A stretch of 64,000 bases of DNA from Planctomycetota bacterium. GTDB lineage: Bacteria > Planctomycetota > UBA8108 > SXIK01. The translations under genes were made by a program, and so were the position numbers. This document shows positions 37,523 through 47,863 of the stretch, in pieces. The notes beneath the pieces were generated by a model, which saw only the letters and a list, made by a program, of their open reading frames with translations, was not told the DNA's origin and ran no database searches. The number at the start of each line of letters is the position of its first letter. Position 1 is the stretch's first letter. Location of the stretch: positions 4,800,001-4,864,000 of the forward strand of contig CBDCXR010000004.1 in the NCBI GenBank assembly GCA_965223845.1, written 5' to 3'.

Positions 37523-38434
37523 CAACCTCGACGGGTACTCCCCGGCGCCACGTATCTCATCACACGGCGCTGCACTCAACGACAGTTTCTCCTTCGCCCC
37601 GAGGAGAAGGTGAATCGCGCCGCGCTCTACTGCATCGCTTATGCAGCGGCGGAAACCGGCGTCGAAATTCACGGTTATGTAGTTTTATCTAATCATTACC
37701 ACCTGATCGCCACCGACACGGAGGTTCGACTCCCGAGTTTTCTTCTTCGCCTCAACTCTCTTCTCGCTCGATGCCTGAACGCGATGCGGTCGCGATTCGA
37801 GAACCTCTTCGACTCCTCAAAGCCGAGCTATGTGCGGGCGATCGAGCCGAACGACGTGATGCGCCAGCTCGTCTACACGATCTGTAACCCGGTGTCGTCG
37901 GGGCTCGTTTCCGACGCGAAGGATTGGCCCGGGGCGCGCAGCGCGCCGAGCGACCTCGGAACGACGATCTTCGCTGAGAAGCCGGACTGGTTCTTCTCGG
38001 ACTTTATGCCCGAGGAGGTTCCACTCGCGATCACGCCTCCCCCCTGTTTCGCAAGCCGCGATCTCGAAGAGTTCAAAGCGGAGCTCGAAGAACAGGTCGC
38101 CGAGCGTGAAACCGAGTGCCGCGCCGAAGTCGAGAGGGAAGGTCCGGGGTTCCTCGGCGCGAAACGGGTTCGAAGTCAGAGCCCAACCGACTCACCCCAG
38201 AGCTACGAAAAGAAGTGGAAGCTCTCGCCGACCATCCAGGCGAAGCGACCGGAAACGAGAATCGAGGAGCTCCGGGAGCTCGTCGCGTTCCGAAAGCGCT
38301 ATCGAGCGGCGCTCGAACAGTATCGCGACGGCGTAGAGGACGCAGTCTTCCCCGCCGGGACTTACTGGATGCGCGTCTTTCATCGCCAGAAGTGTGAACC
38401 GCTCTTCTGCGGAGCCGTGCCGGCGGCGCCGTAG
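37520..38434 (+). mobile_element. REP-associated tyrosine transposase (RAYT)-like / IS200-superfamily HUH Y1 transposase with C-terminal extension
   Basis: TYLITRRC, HUH motif YVVLSNHYHL, catalytic Tyr in VYTICNPVSSGLV..DWPG; C-terminal FPAGTYWMR; locally AT-richer sequence at 37665-37765. Confidence 0.88.
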
Positions 38435-39004
38435 GTCGCCCGAACGAACTCGTTCGCGTTCCGCGCGCGCCAACATCCGTCGCGCTGGCGAGGAGAGTCT
38501 GCTCACGAATCACAGAGTGGTGCTTGAGAAGTTGACGCCGGAAGGCAAGCTTTGTTGATTCGGAACGATTGGACGCGGCGGGAGCAGCTCGAGGCCGCCG
38601 CAACTCCCGTCAAAATAGTCATTTCAAACTACTCTTTGTCAGATAAACCCGGTTTCTTCGAATGATGACCGGGTTCCGGAGTGGCAAGAGTGGCAAAGGA
38701 GAAGAGTGGCACACGGGAATGGCCGAAGTTTCTCCGTGACAAACCCAGCCTCGCGGCATTCATCCCCTAAGCGCGGACTTTTCGCCAGATCCCGCCGGGC
38801 GAGCTCCGTCGACGAACCGCCGGCCGAAAACGGCCCCCTCGGGCGGGCAAGTTGTCGCGAACCCTCGACGATTCCCCCAAAATCGCCTGCGGTTCGCGTC
38901 GCTTCGAGGATGACTCGATCCTCGTTTTCGAAACCGATTCTTGGACGGACTCCTCGCGATTCCACTCGCCCTCGTCCCACCTCCACTTCTCCCCCGGGAG
39001 CACC

Positions 39005-39874
39005 ATGGATCTCGAACGTCTTCTGCAGAACACCGAATGGCTGCGCAGTCTAGCTCTCGCCCTGGCTCGAGACGCTCACGACGCCGAGGACCTCGTCCAG
39101 GAGACGTGGATCGCCGCGCTCCGGTCCCCGCCGGCGGTAACGGACGAAAGCGCGACGGAGATCGATGCCGGCGCCGTCAACCGGAGCACTCGGGCGTGGC
39201 TGCGCCGCGTAGTTTCGAACGCCGCGCGACTCCACTGGCGGCGGGACGTCCGGCGACGCGCGCGCGAAGAAGTGGCGGCGACGAGCGAGGCGATCGACGG
39301 TCCCGACGACGCGGCCGAGCGCGCCGAGCTTCTCGAACGAATCCTCACCTCGCTCCTCGCGCTCCCGAAGCCAGACCGAACGATCGTGCTTTGGCGCTAC
39401 TTCGACGGCGAGTCGACCGCGCGCATCGCGGCGCGACTCGACATCAATCCGGGAGCGGCACGCATGCGGCTGTCCCGTGCGCTCGCGCGCATCCGCGCGG
39501 AGCTCGGCGACGACGGAAATCGGCGTCTGCGAACGATTGTCGTCGCCCGGCCCTCGGCGGCCGCTCGTCCGGCGAGCGCCGGGGCCGCGAGCTGGGCCGC
39601 TCTGCTCATCGCCGCGGTTTCGCTCGGCTTCGCCGGCGGCTGGAGCGTCGGGCCGGGCGCGGCTGACCGCGGGCCGGCGCCACTCGTCGAAGCGACGCCC
39701 GTCTCGCGCGGCGACTCCGCTGACCTCGACGCCCTCCGGCGAGCCCTCGAGGACTCCGAGGCGCGACTCGCCCAATCGAACCGGACGATCGAAGCCCTCG
39801 CGGCCGAGGCGTCCCGTCTCCAGCTTAAGCTCTTTCGCGAGAACGGCTTGGCGACTTTTTCGAACCCGAGCTGA
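39005..39874 (+). CDS. ECF sigma factor with C-terminal transmembrane/coiled-coil extension
   Basis: DAEDLVQETWIAAL and AWLRRVVSN (region 2); LP..DR..WRYFDG..IAARL..AARMRLSRAL (region 4); TM WAALLIAAVSLGFAGGW; ATG after GGGAG. Confidence 0.9.
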   Translation: MDLERLLQNTEWLRSLALALARDAHDAEDLVQETWIAALRSPPAVTDESATEIDAGAVNRSTRAWLRRVVSNAARLHWRRDVRRRAREEVAATSEAIDGPDDAAERAELLERILTSLLALPKPDRTIVLWRYFDGESTARIAARLDINPGAARMRLSRALARIRAELGDDGNRRLRTIVVARPSAAARPASAGAASWAALLIAAVSLGFAGGWSVGPGAADRGPAPLVEATPVSRGDSADLDALRRALEDSEARLAQSNRTIEALAAEASRLQLKLFRENGLATFSNPS

Positions 39875-39963
39875 TCCGCATCGCGCTCGACTCACCCGGG
39901 CTTGCGTGTAGCATAAGATGGAAGTTCTGCGCTCCGGCGCGCTGACCCTAACCGAGGAACTCT

Positions 39964-42081
39964 ATGGCCTCCGAACTCCGCACTGAATCGCACACGTCCT
40001 GCCCGCGTTGGTGGATTGCCGCGCTCGCGCTAGCTCTCGTTGCGCCCGCGTCGCTTCGCGCTCAGCTCGAACCACCGTCGAAAGACACTCGGGAGGTCAC
40101 TCAGCTCGTCGCCCAATACCTCGAGGGCGTCCATCTCCGCGGCCGCCGACTGGACGACGCAGCGTCGAAGAACATGTTCCGAAAACTGTTCTCCGACCTC
40201 GATCCTCTCCACCTCTACTTCCTCGCGTCGGACGTCGACCAATTCCGCGCGAACGAGACGCGCATCGACGACATGCTGAAGACGGGCGACCTCGAGTTCG
40301 CCTACAAGCTCTTCAAGCGGTTCCTCGAGCGAGTCGACGAGCGCACGAAGGCCGTTGTGGAGTTGCTCGCCGCTGAGCCGGATTTCACGGTCGACGAGTC
40401 GATCGAGCTCGACCGCGAGGACGCGAGCTTTCCCGCGGACGCCGACGCCGCGAAAGAGATTTGGCGGAAGCGTATCAAGCTCATGCTCCTCGAACGCATC
40501 GCCGACGGCGAAACGCTCGAGGAAGCTCGCGATTTGTTGCGGAAGCGCTACGAAGGATTCGCGCGGCGACTCCACCAAACGGACAACGACGAGCTCCTGC
40601 AACTCTTCCTCAACGCCGCGGCGACGACCTACGACCCGCACACCGCGTATCTCTCGCCGCGGACGCTCGAGGACTTCGAAATCAGCATGCGCCTCGAACT
40701 TCAAGGGATCGGCGCGCTGCTTCAGTCGGAGGACGGGTTCACCGTCGTGAAGAGCATCGTTCCCGGTGGCGCGGCCGCGCGCGACGAACGTCTCCAGCCC
40801 GAAGACAAGATCGAGGCCGTTGCGGAAGGCGATGAGGGCGAGTTTGTCGATCTCTACAACATGAAGCTGTCGGATGTCGTCAAGCGCATCCGCGGGAAGG
40901 CCGGGACGCGCGTTCGGCTGAAGGTGATCCACGCGAACAAGGAGCGCGAGACGATCGATCTCGTCCGCGCGAAGATCGAGCTCGCGGAGAAGGCCGCCCA
41001 GGGAGAGATCCACGAGGTGAAGTCGGACGGCGGATCGACGATGAAGATCGGAGTCGTCGATCTCCCGAGCTTCTACATGGACCTCGAGGCGGCGAGCCGC
41101 AAAGAGACGAAGGACTTTCGCAGCTCAACACGCGACGTCGAAAAGATCATCCAGGGCTTCGTCAAAGAGAAGGTCGACGCCGTCGTCGTCGATCTCCGCC
41201 GAAACACGGGCGGCTCACTCACCGAAGCGATCAACATGACGGGGCTCTTCATCGACGAGGGTCCGGTCGTTCTCATCAAGGGTCCGCGGGGCGCGATCGA
41301 TCGGAAGGACGACACCAATCCCGGCATGCTGTGGAACGGTCCGCTCGTCGTGATGACCAGCCGATTCAGCGCGAGCGCGAGCGAGATCTTCGCCGGCGCG
41401 ATTCAGGACCATCGGCGCGGAATCATCGTCGGCGACTCCTCGACGCACGGCAAGGGGACGGTTCAGCACCTCGTCGATCTCTACGTACGCAACGGCGAAG
41501 CTCCGGCCGGTGCGCTCAAGATCACGATCTCGCAGTTTTACCGGCCGAACGGGCGGAGCACGCAGCTCGACGGCGTGCGGCCCGACATCGAGCTCCCCTC
41601 GTTCTCTGCGCACTTGAGCGAAGGCGAAGCGGGCGACTACGCGATGGCGAACGACAGCATCCGCGGGGTCAAGTTCACGCCCCTCGACATGGTCAACGCC
41701 GACATCGTCCGGGAGATCTCGTGGCAGTCGCGCCGCCGCCGCGAGAAGAGCGCGATGTTCCAGCGACTCGAAAGCGAGATTCGGCGCTTCGTCGAGTTCA
41801 AGAAGCGCGACCGGATGCCGCTGCAAAAAGAAAAGTTCATGGCGGCGTACAAGCTCCAATCCGCGGTCGAGCTCGCGCAGGAGTTCGGCGATGTCTCGAG
41901 CGCCGAAGGGGCCGCCGCGAGCCCCGACTCTGCTGCGGTGCGAAATGAGACGCCGAGCTCTCCTCCCGGTGAGAACGCACCCGACGGCGACTCGTCAGCG
42001 AGCGAAGGAGACGAGCGAGTGTCGGAGTACCTTCAGGAAGTTCTCGCGATCACCCGCGACTACGTGCGCGCACTGAGCTGA
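39964..42081 (+). CDS. prc: Carboxy-terminal processing (tail-specific) protease, S41A
   Basis: YDPHTAY, PDZ LQGIGALL, DLRRNTGGSL, catalytic SASASEIFAGAIQD, HGKGTVQ, STQLDGVRPDI; long N-terminal helical domain as in Prc/Tsp. Confidence 0.92.
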   Translation: MASELRTESHTSCPRWWIAALALALVAPASLRAQLEPPSKDTREVTQLVAQYLEGVHLRGRRLDDAASKNMFRKLFSDLDPLHLYFLASDVDQFRANETRIDDMLKTGDLEFAYKLFKRFLERVDERTKAVVELLAAEPDFTVDESIELDREDASFPADADAAKEIWRKRIKLMLLERIADGETLEEARDLLRKRYEGFARRLHQTDNDELLQLFLNAAATTYDPHTAYLSPRTLEDFEISMRLELQGIGALLQSEDGFTVVKSIVPGGAAARDERLQPEDKIEAVAEGDEGEFVDLYNMKLSDVVKRIRGKAGTRVRLKVIHANKERETIDLVRAKIELAEKAAQGEIHEVKSDGGSTMKIGVVDLPSFYMDLEAASRKETKDFRSSTRDVEKIIQGFVKEKVDAVVVDLRRNTGGSLTEAINMTGLFIDEGPVVLIKGPRGAIDRKDDTNPGMLWNGPLVVMTSRFSASASEIFAGAIQDHRRGIIVGDSSTHGKGTVQHLVDLYVRNGEAPAGALKITISQFYRPNGRSTQLDGVRPDIELPSFSAHLSEGEAGDYAMANDSIRGVKFTPLDMVNADIVREISWQSRRRREKSAMFQRLESEIRRFVEFKKRDRMPLQKEKFMAAYKLQSAVELAQEFGDVSSAEGAAASPDSAAVRNETPSSPPGENAPDGDSSASEGDERVSEYLQEVLAITRDYVRALS

Positions 42082-42121
42082 TCCTGAGAGCGGACGCGCG
42101 AAGAGCGGAACGAAACACGAG

Positions 42122-42154
42122 AAGACGGACGCCGACGCGTCCGTCTTTTCTTTT
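42122..42154 (+). terminator. Intrinsic terminator after the protease gene
   Basis: AAGACGGACGC-CGAC-GCGTCCGTCTT perfect 11-bp stem followed by TTCTTTT. Confidence 0.8.
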
Positions 42155-42180
42155 GGCTCGTGCCGCGTTACCGTGCGGCC

Positions 42181-43131
42181 ATGAGTGAAGCGACGACCTC
42201 AGACTCGCGCGCAGCGATCGACGCGCGCGACCTTCGGAAGAGCTACGGCGATGTCGTCGCCGTCGATGGACTCGATGTCCGAGCGCAGACGGGGACCTGT
42301 CTCGGCCTCCTCGGCCCGAACGGCGCCGGGAAGTCGACCACGCTCCACATCCTCGTCGGGCTCATCACCGATCATTCCGGCGATGTGACGATCCTCGACC
42401 GGGACATGCGCCGCGACGGAGATCTCGTACGCGAGCACATCGGGGTCCAGTTGCAGGAGACGCAGCTCTACGACAAGCTCACGACCCTCGAGATTCTTCA
42501 GCTCTTCCGCAGCTTCTACGCGGAGGGCCGAGATCCGGACGCCGTGCTCGGCCTCGTCGGGCTCGAAGAGAAGCGGAACGCTCGCTGCGTGCATCTCTCG
42601 GGTGGACAGAAACAGCGCCTCGCGCTCGGCTGTGCGCTCGTCAGCGAGCCGCGGATCCTCTTTCTCGACGAGCCGACGACGGGCCTCGATCCGCAGGCAC
42701 GCCGCCGCGTGTGGGAGATCGTCGAGGAGTTCAAGGCGCGCGGCGGAACGGTGCTTCTCACCACGCACTACATGGACGAGGCCGAGCGGCTGAGCGATTC
42801 GGTCCTCATCGTCGACCACGGCAAAGCGATCGCCAGCGGTCGACCGGAGGAAATCATCGACAGCCTCGGGGCCGAGAGCATCGTCGAGTTCTCCGCGGAC
42901 CCGCCGCTCGACGCGGAGACGAGCTCTCTCGCGGAACTGCCGTCCGTCAAGTCGGTTCGTGCGAGCGCGAGCGGAGTCTCCATGGAGGTCGAATCAACCC
43001 ACATCGCGCTCCCGGCGCTCCTCGACGCGATGAAACGAGAACAGGCGACGCTGACGGACCTTCGAACGCATCGCCCGACGCTCGAAGACGTCTTCGTCAA
43101 CCTCACCGGGAGACAGCTCCGCGATGGCTGA
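42181..43131 (+). CDS. ABC-2 type exporter ATP-binding subunit
   Basis: Walker A GPNGAGKST, LSGGQ, FLDEPTTGLDP, TTHYMDEAE, PTLEDVF. Confidence 0.97.
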   Translation: MSEATTSDSRAAIDARDLRKSYGDVVAVDGLDVRAQTGTCLGLLGPNGAGKSTTLHILVGLITDHSGDVTILDRDMRRDGDLVREHIGVQLQETQLYDKLTTLEILQLFRSFYAEGRDPDAVLGLVGLEEKRNARCVHLSGGQKQRLALGCALVSEPRILFLDEPTTGLDPQARRRVWEIVEEFKARGGTVLLTTHYMDEAERLSDSVLIVDHGKAIASGRPEEIIDSLGAESIVEFSADPPLDAETSSLAELPSVKSVRASASGVSMEVESTHIALPALLDAMKREQATLTDLRTHRPTLEDVFVNLTGRQLRDG

Positions 43132-44203
43132 CGCCCACATGTCTCCTTCTCTACCGGGTCGAAGCGGACTCCGCTGGGGCGAGGTCGCCGCGCTCACCCG
43201 CGCGCGTGTCGTCCTCTTTTGGCGCGAGCCGGAGGTCTGCTTCTGGGTGCTGATCTTTCCGCTCGCGCTCGCGCTCATCCTCGGATGGGCGTTCGCGGAG
43301 CGGGGCTCGAGTCCGGAGAACGTCGGGGTCGGGCCCGGACCGGAAGCCGACGCGATCGCGTCCCGGCTCGACGCGGAGGAGCTCCTGCAGGTTCGCCGGT
43401 TCGACTCCGCGGAGGAAGCTGAGAGGGCGCTCAGCTTCGGCCGAGTTTCGGCGCTCGTCGAGCCCGGATCGCCACCGACAGTGCGCTTCGATCCCGAGCG
43501 TCCGGAAGCTGAGCTCACGCGGTTTCGTGTGGAGGCTGCGCTCCGCGAGTCGCCTGCCGAAGGCACTCCCGCGGCGGTCGCGGTCGAGTCGACGGAGAAC
43601 ACCGGCGTCCGTTACATCGACTGGCTGTTTCCCGGGCTCCTCGGGATGAACATCCTCGGCACGGGAATCTGGGGAATCGGCTTCGGGCTCACCGACACTC
43701 GACAGCGAAAGCTCCTCCGTCGCTTCCTCGTCACGCCGATGCGACGGAGCTCGTTCCTGCTTTCGTTCATGCTCTTTCGCATGGTGTTCCTCGTCATCGA
43801 GGTCGCCGTCCTAGTCCTCTTCGCGATCTTCGTGCTCGGGATTCCGCAGCGAGGATCGTTTCTCCTCCTCGGCGGGCTTCTTCTCATCGGTGCGACTGCG
43901 TTTTACGGCCTCGGAGTGCTCGTCGCCTCGCGAGCGCGCACGGTGGAGGGCGCGTCGGGTCTCATGAACTTCGTCATGATGCCGATGTGGCTCTTCTCCG
44001 GCGTATTCTTCTCGTACGAACGCTTCCCCGAAGTCGTCCATCCGCTCATTCAGGCGCTCCCGCTCACCGCTCTCAACGACGCCCTGCGCGCGACCATGCT
44101 CGAAGGAGCCGGAGTCACCGCCGTGCTTCCCGCGGCGTTGGTGCTCGTCGCCTGGGGCGCGGGCAGCTTCTTCCTCGCACTCAGAATCTTTCGCTGGGAG
44201 TGA
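43124..44203 (+). CDS. ABC-2 type exporter permease
   Basis: Overlaps ATPase gene; RYIDWLFPGLLGM, SGVFF..FP, LPLT..DALR, FRWE terminus; about 6 TM helices. Confidence 0.95.
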   Translation: MADAHMSPSLPGRSGLRWGEVAALTRARVVLFWREPEVCFWVLIFPLALALILGWAFAERGSSPENVGVGPGPEADAIASRLDAEELLQVRRFDSAEEAERALSFGRVSALVEPGSPPTVRFDPERPEAELTRFRVEAALRESPAEGTPAAVAVESTENTGVRYIDWLFPGLLGMNILGTGIWGIGFGLTDTRQRKLLRRFLVTPMRRSSFLLSFMLFRMVFLVIEVAVLVLFAIFVLGIPQRGSFLLLGGLLLIGATAFYGLGVLVASRARTVEGASGLMNFVMMPMWLFSGVFFSYERFPEVVHPLIQALPLTALNDALRATMLEGAGVTAVLPAALVLVAWGAGSFFLALRIFRWE

Positions 44204-44266
44204 CTGCGGGAGCTCGGAAACGGGAACCGCGTTCCTTCACCGTGGGCCGATAGCGATCGAGGTCGA

Positions 44267-47200
44267 CTACTCGTTGAAGTCGACGTCGAGCTTCGTCTCG
44301 CGCCCCGGCTCGATCTCGACCTCGCCAAAGTCTCGCGGCGCCGAGGCGACGGCGGGCTCGCGCCAGCGCTGCTCGCGGATGCGCAATCGGTACGTTCCCG
44401 GTCGGATGCCATCCACGCGGTACTGTCCACCGCGCCCGACCCAGCCCCGGACCGTGACGTCGCCGGGTTTGGGATCGGTTCCCGCGGGATCAGTCCCGTC
44501 CTCGGCGGCCGGGGTAGAAACGAGCTCGATGGCGAAACCACCGTTGTCGAAATCGAACTCCTCGGGAGCGACGAAGCTCCCCTTGAGGCGACCGCCGAGA
44601 CGCATTTGTAGACTCAGCTCGGGGACCGCGCCGTCGACGACCGAGATCCTCGGTCGCTCATCCTCGAAGAAGTACGTCTTGTGGTTTAGCTGGACGTGGT
44701 ACTCGGCGTCGCCCAAGCCGTCGATCGAGAATCGCCCCTCGGCGTCGGTACGTCCGTTGAAGTTTTGATGGTTCGCGGCGCGCGCGACTTCGCGGTCCGC
44801 GAAGCTGAGATAGACGTTGACGTTCTCGACTGGTTGGCCGGTATCGACCGCGGTCACGATCCCGCTGACGGCCGCTCCGCGGTCGACCGCGAGGTGGACC
44901 TGCTCGTTGGCCCCCGGGTGAAGGCGAACGGTTCGTGCAGCGACAGCGTAGCCTTCGACAATCGCACTCACCACGTATTCGCCGTCGCGGACGGAGTCGA
45001 ATTCGAACTCGCCGGCGACGTTCTGAAACTCGCTCGAGTGCCAACCGTCGCGCCAGGGAGTATTCCTCCGATTTGGCTCCTTCGATTGAAGCTGAACGCG
45101 GAACTTCGGGATCGCCGACCCGGTCGCGGCATCGACGACAGTGCCTGAGATTCCGGAGAACGCCCGCAGCTCGAGATCGTCCACCGACGATCCGGCGCGC
45201 ACGCCGGTTTGGTAGGCCGGACTGAAGCCCTCGAGACGGGCCGACACCACGAGGTCGGTATCCTGCGGCAAGCGATCGAGAGTGTAACGTCCCTCCTCGT
45301 CGCTCTGCGTCGACGACAGACCGGTCCCGGACGCCGCTGCGACCTCGTAGCTGGCGGCGAGCATCGCTCGCGTGCGCTCGTCCTCTTCGGCGTCGACCTC
45401 CATCGCGGGAACGGCCGCGATCTGCACTCCGGCGAGAGGATTCCCTTCGTGATCGACGACCTCACCTTCGACGGTACCGCCGCTCTCGAGCGATACGTCG
45501 ACGCGCACCTCGTCGCCGGACACGTCGAACGTCTCGATCGTCTTCTTGGCGAACCCGAGTGCATCGACCTCGATGCGGTAGGTGCCCGAGACCACTCCCG
45601 TCAGTCGGTAGGTCCCGTCCGGTGCGGTGTACGCCGTCTTACCCGAGCTCTTCGGCATCAACTGGAGGATCATCTGCATCTCCGGGTCGTCGATTTGCGT
45701 CGACGTGACCGGGTGAAAGCGAACGGCCGCGAGCGCGATCGCACCGCCACCGTCGTCGGAGATCTGTCCGTGGACCGCCGCGCTGGGCGAGAGAACGATC
45801 TGTACGGTCTCGTCGCCCTCGTCGGCACCCGGATCTTCGGCACCCGCGGTCGGTCGACCGCGACGCCGCGAGAACCGCTCGACCATTTTCGCGGGAAGCG
45901 ACGCGCGGCCGCTCCCGAGTTTCGGGTGCACCGCGATGAGCTCCGGCGGGATCGGCGGGCCGCCGGTACTCGTCACGGTGAGACTGAACTCGCCGTTGGC
46001 GTCGGTGAAGGTAGAGAGTTCCTGGTCGGCTTCGATCAAGTAGATGATCCGCGGAATACCGGGGAAGTCCGCGACGACCTTGGCGCGACTCACGGGATTG
46101 CCATCGACATCGACGACCACTCCGCGGATGGGCGCCTGCGCCTTCATCAGGATTTCGGTCGGAGTATCGGAGTTCACCTCCGCGTTCGTCCACGTGCGTT
46201 CATAGTCGCCGTGAGACACGTTGACGTGAACCTGCCCGGTCTTATCGTCCTTGAGCCCCGCGATCACGAACTCGCCGTTCTCGTCGGTTCTCGCGCGGCG
46301 CGACACTCCCGACCAAACCTGCACCTTCGCGCCGACGATGGGATCACGCGTCTCGCGGTCCCGTACGACTCCGCGCAGATCGACTCCGCGAGCCATGCGG
46401 ATCGTGACGCCCGTCGCACCGGCCTCGAGCGTCTGCTCCTCCGGTGGAACGAGATCGTCGGCCTCGGCTCCGACGGCGTACGATCCCTCGTCGAGTCCGG
46501 AGATCTCGAAGCGTCCTTTTTCGTCCGCCGTAACCTCGATGCGACCGTCGTCGCGACCGAATCCCCGAGTCTTCCGGCTGTCCTTCGCGAACACACTCGC
46601 CCCGTCGACACCGAATCCATCCGCTCCGAGGACCACGCCGCTGATCGAGAGCGGGGTCGGCAGACGGATCTCTCCGAGATCGATCGCTCCGGTCTCGGCG
46701 TGGAGGCTCTCCTTCTTCTCCGGATGGCCTTCCAACGACACCGTGATCTGATAGAAACCGGAGGCGACGCCCCTCGCGACGAACGCTCCGTCGGAGTTCA
46801 CCGTCGTCTCGGTTCTCTTCTCACCGAGAAAATCGATGTCCATCCCCGCCATCATCACGGGATTCATCCGGCTCAGATCGGGAAGGGGAGGAGCGATCAC
46901 GACCTTCGCGCCGCCAGCGGGTTCACCAGCCGCGGTGAGCACGACTCCCGTCACCTCGACGCCGCGGTCGAGCTCGACGGTGATGTCCTCGAGCCCGGCC
47001 ATGACATTCCCGATTCGAGTGCGAGCGAAGCCCTCCTTGAACACTTTGAGATCGAAGAGCTCCGGCGTGAGACCACCGATGCGGAACGTGCCGTCCTCGC
47101 CCGAGCGAACCTCACTGCGGAGGAGGCCCTTCGCTTCGGCCACGTCCATGAGAACCTGCATCATCTTCCCCATCCCCCGCACGCTCGCCGCATCCGCGGT

Positions 47201-47863
47201 CTCGCAGGACAGCACGGCGCCGGCGACGGGCTTCCCGTCCGGATCGACCACGCGACCCGCGATCAGTTTGCCGTCGCGAAGCTCGATGTCGCGTTCCGCG
47301 GCGCCCTCTTCGTCGACGAACACCCCGACGCTTCGCTCGGGAAGGTACTGTTCGTGCGTGACGAAGAGCTCGTACTCGTTCGGCGGAAGGCTGTGGAGCG
47401 CGTAGCGTCCCTCGGAGTCGGTCTCGGCGAAGGTGAGCTTCGCCACCTTCTCGCCGAACTCACGCCGGAGCGCGGTGATGCCGGTGAAGGGATCGCGAAA
47501 GCGGTCGTCGAGGTCGCGGAGGTCTTCGACCCAGACGGCGGGCGCGACCGCCGTGACGCGAGCACCCGGAACGCCTTCGCCCTCTCGATCGATGATCCGT
47601 CCGGCGATCGAGACCGGCCCGTCCGGAACGACGGGCTCCACGGTTTCCTCCGCGGGCTCGACGGCTGCGTCGTCCGCGTTCGCGGTCACGTTCTCCGGCG
47701 TCGGGAGTTCCTCGACGTAGGTATCTTCGACTTCCGGGAGGCCGTCCCGCATGCCGGCTCCCGGATCACCGTCGATTCCGTCGGAATCATTCAGCAAGAA
47801 GACCGCGATCAGGCCGCCGATCAGAAGAACCGACAGCACGAGACTCCAGACGACGCGATTCAT
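44267..47863 (-). CDS. Membrane-anchored protein with many carboxypeptidase-regulatory-like (transthyretin-fold) repeats
   Basis: ATG at 47863 after GGAGAGG; N-terminal TM; about ten G.V.D..G.PV.GA.V...TD..G.F...GL..G.Y units. Confidence 0.88.
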   Translation of the reverse strand: MNRVVWSLVLSVLLIGGLIAVFLLNDSDGIDGDPGAGMRDGLPEVEDTYVEELPTPENVTANADDAAVEPAEETVEPVVPDGPVSIAGRIIDREGEGVPGARVTAVAPAVWVEDLRDLDDRFRDPFTGITALRREFGEKVAKLTFAETDSEGRYALHSLPPNEYELFVTHEQYLPERSVGVFVDEEGAAERDIELRDGKLIAGRVVDPDGKPVAGAVLSCETADAASVRGMGKMMQVLMDVAEAKGLLRSEVRSGEDGTFRIGGLTPELFDLKVFKEGFARTRIGNVMAGLEDITVELDRGVEVTGVVLTAAGEPAGGAKVVIAPPLPDLSRMNPVMMAGMDIDFLGEKRTETTVNSDGAFVARGVASGFYQITVSLEGHPEKKESLHAETGAIDLGEIRLPTPLSISGVVLGADGFGVDGASVFAKDSRKTRGFGRDDGRIEVTADEKGRFEISGLDEGSYAVGAEADDLVPPEEQTLEAGATGVTIRMARGVDLRGVVRDRETRDPIVGAKVQVWSGVSRRARTDENGEFVIAGLKDDKTGQVHVNVSHGDYERTWTNAEVNSDTPTEILMKAQAPIRGVVVDVDGNPVSRAKVVADFPGIPRIIYLIEADQELSTFTDANGEFSLTVTSTGGPPIPPELIAVHPKLGSGRASLPAKMVERFSRRRGRPTAGAEDPGADEGDETVQIVLSPSAAVHGQISDDGGGAIALAAVRFHPVTSTQIDDPEMQMILQLMPKSSGKTAYTAPDGTYRLTGVVSGTYRIEVDALGFAKKTIETFDVSGDEVRVDVSLESGGTVEGEVVDHEGNPLAGVQIAAVPAMEVDAEEDERTRAMLAASYEVAAASGTGLSSTQSDEEGRYTLDRLPQDTDLVVSARLEGFSPAYQTGVRAGSSVDDLELRAFSGISGTVVDAATGSAIPKFRVQLQSKEPNRRNTPWRDGWHSSEFQNVAGEFEFDSVRDGEYVVSAIVEGYAVAARTVRLHPGANEQVHLAVDRGAAVSGIVTAVDTGQPVENVNVYLSFADREVARAANHQNFNGRTDAEGRFSIDGLGDAEYHVQLNHKTYFFEDERPRISVVDGAVPELSLQMRLGGRLKGSFVAPEEFDFDNGGFAIELVSTPAAEDGTDPAGTDPKPGDVTVRGWVGRGGQYRVDGIRPGTYRLRIREQRWREPAVASAPRDFGEVEIEPGRETKLDVDFNE

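Noticed and set aside
37024-37575. 184-aa N-terminal extension of ORF 35419..37575
   Set aside because: Would overlap the transposase start; signal peptide and SD indicate a start at 37023
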